DNA from: a virus
Strand: one strand, 5' to 3'
Virus record (IMG/VR): IMGVR_UViG_3300048838_001106
Location: 1 to 64,000 of that record
DNA: 64,000 nt
Shown: positions 26,648 through 34,434 of the stretch, in pieces
How positions within the stretch are numbered: the stretch's first letter is position 1
How the letters are laid out: each line of letters begins with the position of its first letter
Notes under the pieces: model-generated
What the model saw: the letters and a program-made list of their open reading frames with translations, nothing else
Told to the model about the DNA's origin: nothing
Database searches by the model: none
Position numbers and translations under genes: made by a program

Positions 26648-28200
26648 GAATAGAAACATCAAAATCGTGGGAGGTTCGAGGGATAGGAGAGAAAAAGTAT
26701 AGCACCGGGTTTAACACCCAGTTCTTCATTGACAGTATCAAGAGCAATGGCCCATTTGGCTGCATAACCCGAGACAGAAAGGAGACAACAAACACAGACA
26801 TAGCACGGATGTTGAGTGCGATCATGTTGTTCGACAGAGACACGATGACTGCGCTGAAAAGTAGTGTTGGGCTACTGCCTTTCAGTGTAATACGGAATGC
26901 TGGATCGGCGACCGCGCACAACAAGGTCGCTGAGTCGGTAGTCCTGGCAGGTCCTTGGGCGCCTTTGTTGTCAAGAATGGGCTACGATGCGCAGCCTTTG
27001 CCTGTGACGTGGGTGTTTGTGTCGTGCCCACACCCTCACCAACATCCAGACGAGATTGTATTCGATTTCGTGTCCTGGACCTACGAAGATGTTGCATCGC
27101 AATGTCCGATAGCAATGGTATATGAAGACGACCTCGGCCCTTGCGTGTCTTGTTCTAAGAACGGGCTGGCGTGCAAGACGGAGAACGTCGCCTCACTAAT
27201 AGCTGCCAACAATCACAGAGTGCCGCCAGCTGTGATGCAAAAGACACTGGAGCTGGTAAACACACAAAAGACGCACGTCTGGCTTAGCCTGTTTCAAAGA
27301 TTCTACAAGAGAGTCCCAAAAGAGGCCTCCCACTTAAAGGACGTGTGGCTAGGGCCGGCCGCGCATATGGCAGTGCACACGCGTGTCAACCCTGGAGAGT
27401 GGGCACGCGTTGTTACTAATGGTCAATTCGCTGTTCTGCACAGAAAAAACAAGCTGGAGGCGGCGAAGAAGGCGACAATCACCAAAGAAAAACAAAACAC
27501 CATGTGTGACACATGTGTGCTGCGGGGCAACTGCAGTGTGTACAAACATACCACGTCCTGCGCGTCTTTCCATACACTGCCTGACGTGCTTGAGTATGTT
27601 GTGCACAACGACAACATGTCTCCTCACGACGCTTTGGCGTCGGTGTTGATAACCACATTTAGCACGGTGTCGTCTAATTCCTGTGTAGCAATACCATTGC
27701 CTGGCAAGCAGTTGTACCGCAACGTCATGCTTGACGGTATGGATTCAGGTGGGAAGTGGTGCGTCAGAGTGGTGTCTGACACGGCGAAACCCACAGCGCC
27801 AATGAGCGGAGACAACGTAAGTCAGCGGTTCTCGTCTTACGAAGAAATGTGCTTGTGGCTCGCTGCAACGCATCCTTCATTGTGGAAAGACTATGTAGAG
27901 TTTCTACACGGTACGATCGCCGCCAAAATTAAGAAGTTATTCACGTATCGATCTGCCGCAAATGTTATGACGTCGTCTCGGCGTGGTCCGAAGTACTCAC
28001 ACCAATACGGACCCTCTGTAGCTGTGCGCTTTGGCGACAGCATACGTGATCCATCCCATTTGCACATCGACAGCGGGTGCGACGTCGTAACTGGTTGGTT
28101 GGGAGACGTGTGGTATTCCTCACTTAGACACATCGAAGCCCCGTACGAGCGAGGCGTGGAGCTGCCAGCGGGGGCAACAGCCGTGTCGTTTACGGCGTAA
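26569..28200 (+). CDS. Large hypothetical Cys-motif protein downstream of the RT
   Basis: ~543 aa with CVSC.....C and CDTC.....C motifs; GGAG RBS; overlaps the RT 3' end by 79 nt. Confidence 0.65.
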   Translation: MSYKQDRITVPIASVAAPEGVWFGALRIETSKSWEVRGIGEKKYSTGFNTQFFIDSIKSNGPFGCITRDRKETTNTDIARMLSAIMLFDRDTMTALKSSVGLLPFSVIRNAGSATAHNKVAESVVLAGPWAPLLSRMGYDAQPLPVTWVFVSCPHPHQHPDEIVFDFVSWTYEDVASQCPIAMVYEDDLGPCVSCSKNGLACKTENVASLIAANNHRVPPAVMQKTLELVNTQKTHVWLSLFQRFYKRVPKEASHLKDVWLGPAAHMAVHTRVNPGEWARVVTNGQFAVLHRKNKLEAAKKATITKEKQNTMCDTCVLRGNCSVYKHTTSCASFHTLPDVLEYVVHNDNMSPHDALASVLITTFSTVSSNSCVAIPLPGKQLYRNVMLDGMDSGGKWCVRVVSDTAKPTAPMSGDNVSQRFSSYEEMCLWLAATHPSLWKDYVEFLHGTIAAKIKKLFTYRSAANVMTSSRRGPKYSHQYGPSVAVRFGDSIRDPSHLHIDSGCDVVTGWLGDVWYSSLRHIEAPYERGVELPAGATAVSFTA

Positions 28201-29224
28201 ACGCTGGGCACAAATCCTTTACAACTCCCAGTAGCCGCGTGCGCTCTTGCACGATGGCGCTGAGTACCTGCTGGGCCTGTGCTACTTCTAGTGCGCAGGT
28301 TTCTTTAGCTGTGAATAGTGTGTCTACCGAGGACTGCTGTGCTGCCACAGCCGATGTCTGCGCCGTCGCGGCAGCGGATACCAGCGCTAGCTGTGCGGTG
28401 GCGTTCTGCACGCCGGCAGCGAACGTTCTTCGAACAGGGGTGAACTCGGTATGGAATGCTGCGTACAGTCTACCTGTTGGGACATCCAGATATTCATTCA
28501 TGTCATCAAACAAGTCTGGCTGTACGAGAACTGGCGAGGCGGCTGTCCACGCGTCTATTGTTCCAATAATCTCTGCGCTCACATTATCAAGAGATGCTGT
28601 AAGAGCCATGGCCGCGCCAGTCAGATCTTGCGCCACCTGATTGGCTAGCAGCAGTGCATCCAGTGACGCCTTGGTGGACTGCAGGTGGGCAAGCGCTGCG
28701 TTGTATTGCGCCGTGAGCTCTGCGCAGTCTGTCTGCTTGGCCAAGATCACCGCTGCCTGGTCGTCAGCCTCGGCCGCCTTTGCTGTGTACGCTGCAATTG
28801 CGGGCCCAAGAATACCCGCATTGACCATTGGGAACACTATGATTTCCGCCGGGTCAGCTTTGAATCCTGTCAGATACGAAGCGTACTCTGTGACCAGTGC
28901 GTTGACCTGCTCTATCAAAAAATCCTTGGCTTTGATCGCCACATCCACAGACGAGTAAAACTTAGATGCAGTTATCGATCTGTAGAATCTGTCACCAGCA
29001 GTGATGGCGCTGGCTCGATTGATCCTAAACGTCTCCATGTCAGCCACAGTACACACGCGCGCCAGCACGTCGTCTTTTGGATCTTGCTCGTCTACAATCT
29101 CCATCAAGAACACCGACGCAGCAGGCAAGTCCCCGCGGTCTGTAATCAACATGTCTATTGCGTACTGCGCTTTTAGATTAGAGACCTGCGCTCTTCGGAG
29201 TTGTGTAGCGATTGTTGAAGCCAT
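28190..29224 (-). CDS. Putative virion protein with C-terminal coiled coil
   Basis: 344-aa Ala-rich ORF; N-terminal domain resembles 29224-29574. Confidence 0.6.
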   Translation of the reverse strand: MASTIATQLRRAQVSNLKAQYAIDMLITDRGDLPAASVFLMEIVDEQDPKDDVLARVCTVADMETFRINRASAITAGDRFYRSITASKFYSSVDVAIKAKDFLIEQVNALVTEYASYLTGFKADPAEIIVFPMVNAGILGPAIAAYTAKAAEADDQAAVILAKQTDCAELTAQYNAALAHLQSTKASLDALLLANQVAQDLTGAAMALTASLDNVSAEIIGTIDAWTAASPVLVQPDLFDDMNEYLDVPTGRLYAAFHTEFTPVRRTFAAGVQNATAQLALVSAAATAQTSAVAAQQSSVDTLFTAKETCALEVAQAQQVLSAIVQERTRLLGVVKDLCPAFTP

Positions 29225-29574
29225 CAGACGTACACCGTGGTGTCAGGGGTCACCAGCTCTACGAGACCTGCTTTGTGTGCATCAACGAGAGCCTGCACAG
29301 CTGCGCTGACATTCGCCCGTGCGTTTGCAGCGGAGGTTATGTCATCAAACACCGCCTGTGCTGACGCGGACCTGTAAAACGCATTGCCAGGAGTAGGTGT
29401 TGTAGGTAGTGTCAGGTCTGCAGCTGCCGCCACGTGACTGTACATACGGGTGGCGTACGTGTGAACAAACACCTCAGTTGGCATGTCCTGCGCAGTATCC
29501 GCAGTCCAAGCTACCTGATACTTGCCATCATCAGTTGCTGACCCTACATCGGTAATTTGGATAGTAGCTGGCAT
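29224..29574 (-). CDS. Putative virion protein
   Basis: 116 aa; GGAG RBS; paralogous to the N-terminus of the next gene. Confidence 0.6.
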   Translation of the reverse strand: MPATIQITDVGSATDDGKYQVAWTADTAQDMPTEVFVHTYATRMYSHVAAAADLTLPTTPTPGNAFYRSASAQAVFDDITSAANARANVSAAVQALVDAHKAGLVELVTPDTTVYV

Positions 29575-29599
29575 GCAGTCTCCATAGATAGGTTAATAA

Positions 29600-30145
29600 A
29601 TGTACTATGTGGGTATTGATCAGTCCATACGAAACACGGGGTGGTGCGTGGTTACAGACAACACTGTGGCTGCCTACGGCAACATCAAGCCTAAGAATAT
29701 GCTCGGTCCAGCGCGGCTCTGCTACATAAGAGACGCAGTGGCAGATGTTCTGTCGTCATATCCTCCCCTGTTTGCTGCGATGGAAGAGGGCTCGTACCAG
29801 AGCAGTGGACAGCTGTTTCAGCTTGGCGGCGTGCACGCTCTTGTGCAAACAGTGTTGTGGGATGCTAAGGTACCGTTCGCAGGTGTCGCGCCTGTACAAC
29901 TGAAGAAGTTCGCTACTGGGAAGTCAGGAGCCAAGAAAGAGTGGATAGTGGAAGCGGCGAGGCTGCGGCTAGGCTTGCCCTCCACAATTGATGACAATGT
30001 AGCAGACGCTGCGTGTCTGGCCTTGATTGCCAGGGCGCTCGTAACTTCAGTCGTAAAGACAAGGGCAGAGGCAGAGGTGGTCCACAAGTTGAGGACCGCG
30101 GATTCTATCTGGCGCCCAGAAGCTACGGCAGATATTTCTGAATGA
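29600..30145 (+). CDS. ruvC: RuvC-like Holliday junction resolvase
   Basis: VGIDQS..TG, AMEE, P..LKKFATGK..AKK and DNVADA. Confidence 0.85.
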   Translation: MYYVGIDQSIRNTGWCVVTDNTVAAYGNIKPKNMLGPARLCYIRDAVADVLSSYPPLFAAMEEGSYQSSGQLFQLGGVHALVQTVLWDAKVPFAGVAPVQLKKFATGKSGAKKEWIVEAARLRLGLPSTIDDNVADAACLALIARALVTSVVKTRAEAEVVHKLRTADSIWRPEATADISE

Positions 30146-30563
30146 CCAGTACGCTAACCATCCCAGCAGCAATGCCGGCAACGCCCGCCGTCACTAGCCA
30201 CGGCAGAGCTGGTGCAAACCACTTTTCCTCTCGGTGCGTGGCAAGTTGTTCGTACTTGTGAAACAGGTGGTGGTAGTTTTCTTCGGCGCGCGCTGCTCTA
30301 TCTTCTTGAATATCCTCTGCTTCCGCGTAGAACTCTGCTGATTTTTTTAGCTCAGCAATAAGTTCTGGAGTTACGTTTGTGTGCACGTCATGCAGCCAGG
30401 TATACTGGACTCGCATCTCCAGCACACGCTTGTAGTTCTCGATGTCCAGGCAGCGCTGGTCAGGCATACACTCTGTGAACTCGGGCTTTGCAATTAGGGG
30501 CAACTCCGCGAAGGCAGGCACCGCGACCAAAAACAAGAGCACAGGTAGAATAAGTCTGCTCAT
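30123..30563 (-). CDS. Exported coiled-coil protein with C-terminal TM helix (spanin-like?)
   Basis: Signal peptide ending AFA, a coiled-coil middle and a C-terminal hydrophobic helix; no lipobox Cys. Confidence 0.45.
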   Translation of the reverse strand: MSRLILPVLLFLVAVPAFAELPLIAKPEFTECMPDQRCLDIENYKRVLEMRVQYTWLHDVHTNVTPELIAELKKSAEFYAEAEDIQEDRAARAEENYHHLFHKYEQLATHREEKWFAPALPWLVTAGVAGIAAGMVSVLVIQKYLP

Positions 30564-30958
30564 TTCAGATCCTTCGCTACAGCGTCTAGCTCCTCAAACG
30601 TTGAAGATTTGCTGATAGCCGTGGTGGTTTTGTTGATGCTGGCTGCCGAGTCAGCAATCTTTGCTTCGATAGCAGTAGCATGCTCCTCTGCTTTCTCTGC
30701 GGCGTGCAGTAGCTCGGCTGCTCGCACCTCGTCTCTCTCTGCTTCCGCCTGATTCTTAAGAAGCAAAGCTCTTTCGAGCTCGAGCTCTTTCAATCGTTTG
30801 AGTTTTGCCTGAGATGACACCAGCCACGCGGCGTAGGCCATCGCTATGATGACCAGCAAGACGACCAGCACCTTGATGCCGATGGACTCCAGCGTAGACG
30901 TGTCGCCAGAGGCTAGCCTCGCTCTCAATTTGGCTACGTACTTGATAATAGAGTGCAT
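30560..30958 (-). CDS. TM-anchored coiled-coil protein (i-spanin/Rz-like?)
   Basis: TM helix VLVVLLVIIAMAYAAWLV followed by a long coiled coil; GAGG RBS before ATG 30958. Confidence 0.5.
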   Translation of the reverse strand: MHSIIKYVAKLRARLASGDTSTLESIGIKVLVVLLVIIAMAYAAWLVSSQAKLKRLKELELERALLLKNQAEAERDEVRAAELLHAAEKAEEHATAIEAKIADSAASINKTTTAISKSSTFEELDAVAKDLK

Positions 30959-30978
30959 GTGCTCGCCCTCAGTAAACT

Positions 30979-33825
30979 CTACAGATGGAATGTAGACACA
31001 GCAGATAGCATAGACGCAGCGCCTGGAAACGCGTCTTGTGTGATTGATTCTCGCGAATGAACAACCCATGTGCTTGAGCCTACGCCCGTCGACACCACTT
31101 GGATGCGCTCATCTGTGGCAGGGTTGGTGTTAACGCGCAGCGCGTACAAGTACAGACCATCAGTGACCCATCGCCACCACAACGTACCTGCTACACCTGC
31201 GAAGTCTTCTCTCCATAGCACCGTCGCTTCGTCGTATAGCTGGCCAGACACGAGTCTCCCAGAGGGGCGCAGGGCAGTCCTGTATACAGATTCTGTGGTT
31301 ATCGACGGCGTCGACTGTACATAGAACACACCGTGCGCGTGCGCTAAAGATATGTTCTCACGTGCGGTCTCTGTTGCAGAGTAGAGCGATCGAACAGCTC
31401 CTGTGCGAACATCAACGAATATGACTTGGATGTCTGTAGCACTAGCGTTTGCGCCAGCTATTGCAAGTACTGTGTCAGACATCGCCATAGAAAACACAGA
31501 TGTCCAAGTAAGATACGCCGAAGACTCCCACACACTGTCCCAGCTGAATCCGGACTGAGCAAACACACCGACGTTCGTACCAGCAAAGTCTGTGCGAATC
31601 GCAACGTAGCCCCCGTACACTTGGAGCTCTAAAGCGTTCCCTCCAAGTGGTGTTCCGCTTACCGCCACAAACCCGTCTGTTTCCAGGATAACGGCATTGT
31701 GTCCTGCAGTCACGGCAGCCAGGCCGTCCGCGCCGTATGCAGAATAGTAAAGTCGTCGACCTACAAGGTGCATCGATGTGATGTGATCTGCGGTGTCGGA
31801 AGAATGCGTGTGTATGCCAGCAGTCGCCCATGTAGTGTCTACTACAGGCGGGTCTACACTGAGGTCATACAGTACAATCTTACTCTCATACGCGACCGCG
31901 AGAGAGAAGCCATCACTGGCTATCGCGGTGATTCCATCACCAGAGGGCGTGGTTGGGAGTGAAATAATGGCACGGTGACTCAGATCACGCGCGTTGCGCA
32001 CTAGCAAACGCTCTGTGCCAGCCACACTGACATCTCGGTCATACGGTGTTACTACGAAGCGCCCATCTGCCGTGAGTGTCCACCCGAGTCCAGCTCCGCT
32101 AAACACCTGCGCTTCCCAGTTTCCAGCCGTGAAGTCCAGATCGACTTGAGCTCCCGGCGCAGTGCAAGGGATTGCTAGCGTCTGGACACGACGTTCGCCA
32201 TTCAAAGCAATCCCGTCACGCTGGATATCGGAAGCCTCGATCAGATCTTGGAGCGACGCGTGCGGGAGCATCCTATTATACATAGCCAACAAGAGGTCTT
32301 CGAGGCTGTCCGACGCGGGATTCAGTTTTGGATAGGCGTCCGGCGTGGTAGAAATCCTTTGTGTGCCCTTGGATAACGCAGTAACCACCACGCCGTCTCT
32401 GAGTAAACTAAATTCAGTGTCAATGCCGACTATTGCAGACTGGACACTGTTATTGGCAGGTACCAACACAGAGAGGCCGGACGCGTCCATTCCTACATAT
32501 TCAGCGCCATACACACCAAGGTCGTTTTTAACGGGGTTTATTACCAGACCACGATTGATGTCGCTTCTGACGAACACAGCGCCTGCCCAATCCATCTCCG
32601 TGAGCGATTCGTCAATTCGGTCTAGCACGTTCGTCAAGTTTTGCGGTTCCGAACCAAGCACTGGCCAGCCGCGTAGGAAAGTCCAGTCGTCAGCATTTAC
32701 GCCGATGATGTCAGACCCATGTGTAGCTGCGTTGTACGTGGCGTCCAGAATAGGGAAGTCTGAGTTGCGCAGGGCTGCGCGAAGTGCCTCGCTGTTATTC
32801 GAGATCGTAGTCTGTGCCGTGCCAGCATACAATGGCGTTCCCGTGTTCACGAACACGAACCTGTTGTCCACAACACGTCCGAGGTGCACTGCGTTGTGCG
32901 TATGCGCACTGTCCGCATCAAAGACCACCAGGCTAGGTGCAGGCACAAGGTGTTTTCCGGTCTCTTCGACGCTTTCCCTTCGCGCCAATGCGCTACTGAA
33001 ACTAATGGCTAGCGTGGAGCCCTCTTTCAACTCCAGACCGGCTGCGAACGCCGCTGCAAGGTTCGACGCGGTAATCTCGTGGAACACACCATCCGAGCCG
33101 CCAGAGAACCACTGTTGTGGTGCCACAAATGCAGCATACCCTGCGTTGGTAACTGCGACATCCACAAGCAGGGAGGCTACCGGGTGTGCGTCGATCGCAG
33201 TCTTGATGGCTCCGAGGGTGTGCGTCGGCTCGGCGGAATCGAACTGGACTGTGACACGGCGCCGCCCTGGTTGAACAGAGGGGTCACTCACTGTAGCGTC
33301 TCCCAACACGTCAACCAGCACAGACCCGATACCGGCCACGTCCTGCGCCTCATAGCTCAGATCATGTGCACCCTCGTACTCGTAAATCTTTGCTGTAAAA
33401 TCTAGCGCCTCAGTACCATCCGTTACCTGGGCTGTGTAAAACCGAGTCGGGAAGCGCGTTCCTGCGCCCTCGTTGGCTGCACCTGTTGGTGTACCCGGAG
33501 TAGTCGACGGTACTATGAGCATCGACTCGCCAGGGGACAGCACAAGTCTGCCCGTGCCTGCTGACGCAACGGTACCTTCCCACAAGACACTGCCTCCAGT
33601 CAGTGAAAACGTAGTGCTCTTGTCATTCTCTTGCAACCACCTGATATCATTGATGCCAATGCGTACCTGCTCAATGCGCTGGCGAAGAACTTCGGTTGGA
33701 CGTTGAAGGGTAGCTTGATCGAGTGTTTCGCCATTCATAATAGGAGCGATTGAACTCGCAGTAGCGTCACCAGTGTCAACGCCAACAGGTGTCGTCTTGA
33801 AGTTAAGATTCTTACTCATTGCCAT
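30979..33825 (-). CDS. Tail fibre/receptor-binding-like protein
   Basis: 948 aa, rich in Ala/Gly/Thr/Val, with a beta-propeller-like C-terminus; downstream of the baseplate genes. Confidence 0.55.
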   Translation of the reverse strand: MAMSKNLNFKTTPVGVDTGDATASSIAPIMNGETLDQATLQRPTEVLRQRIEQVRIGINDIRWLQENDKSTTFSLTGGSVLWEGTVASAGTGRLVLSPGESMLIVPSTTPGTPTGAANEGAGTRFPTRFYTAQVTDGTEALDFTAKIYEYEGAHDLSYEAQDVAGIGSVLVDVLGDATVSDPSVQPGRRRVTVQFDSAEPTHTLGAIKTAIDAHPVASLLVDVAVTNAGYAAFVAPQQWFSGGSDGVFHEITASNLAAAFAAGLELKEGSTLAISFSSALARRESVEETGKHLVPAPSLVVFDADSAHTHNAVHLGRVVDNRFVFVNTGTPLYAGTAQTTISNNSEALRAALRNSDFPILDATYNAATHGSDIIGVNADDWTFLRGWPVLGSEPQNLTNVLDRIDESLTEMDWAGAVFVRSDINRGLVINPVKNDLGVYGAEYVGMDASGLSVLVPANNSVQSAIVGIDTEFSLLRDGVVVTALSKGTQRISTTPDAYPKLNPASDSLEDLLLAMYNRMLPHASLQDLIEASDIQRDGIALNGERRVQTLAIPCTAPGAQVDLDFTAGNWEAQVFSGAGLGWTLTADGRFVVTPYDRDVSVAGTERLLVRNARDLSHRAIISLPTTPSGDGITAIASDGFSLAVAYESKIVLYDLSVDPPVVDTTWATAGIHTHSSDTADHITSMHLVGRRLYYSAYGADGLAAVTAGHNAVILETDGFVAVSGTPLGGNALELQVYGGYVAIRTDFAGTNVGVFAQSGFSWDSVWESSAYLTWTSVFSMAMSDTVLAIAGANASATDIQVIFVDVRTGAVRSLYSATETARENISLAHAHGVFYVQSTPSITTESVYRTALRPSGRLVSGQLYDEATVLWREDFAGVAGTLWWRWVTDGLYLYALRVNTNPATDERIQVVSTGVGSSTWVVHSRESITQDAFPGAASMLSAVSTFHL

Positions 33826-33831
33826 GCTCCC

Positions 33832-34350
33832 TTACTGAATGCTGTATTGTAGATCCCATTCGAATCTGACACCTAGACCATCTGTTTTTATGACTGGAGC
33901 AAACGTTTGACGACACACCAGCAGTGGCACGCCACCGATACCATCGCCTGCCGTGTACATTCCTGCGGCACGCAGGACGCTACCCGTAGACTCATTTGGT
34001 CCAATCTCTGCTCGGTATTGCAGAAGACCCGGTGTGCCTCCAAACACGGTAACGTCCGCTGCCCTGTCAAACACGTGGCTCTTGGCGATAGCAGCTGCGG
34101 GGTCGGGACCTGTGTTGCTGCGGTCGGACGCCATGATGGTGGTAGGATGCGCTTCTATGTCCATCCTATTTATGGCTAACTCAGCGGGATCTGTGATGAC
34201 GGCGGTCTGGGATATCAGACTTGCCAAAGCTTCCAAGTGGAGATCTGTTATCTGATTTTTCTTGTCGCTGATACAGACAGACATGCCGTCGCAGTCTACT
34301 GTGTAGATGCGAAGGTGTCCTATAATACCTATTGGAGTTCGGTGGAGCAC
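33832..34350 (-). CDS. Baseplate/tail-fibre attachment protein
   Basis: KNQIT N-terminal and AGMY...L.CRQTF.P..K...FEW C-terminal pattern typical of tail-collar/fibre-base proteins. Confidence 0.5.
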   Translation of the reverse strand: MLHRTPIGIIGHLRIYTVDCDGMSVCISDKKNQITDLHLEALASLISQTAVITDPAELAINRMDIEAHPTTIMASDRSNTGPDPAAAIAKSHVFDRAADVTVFGGTPGLLQYRAEIGPNESTGSVLRAAGMYTAGDGIGGVPLLVCRQTFAPVIKTDGLGVRFEWDLQYSIQ

Positions 34351-34434
34351 GAATAGCCTCGCGGTGGTCTGGGTGACGTGCGTATTTGTAGCACGATAGC
34401 GTGAGGTTAGCCAGATGAGAAGACCTACTTTGGG

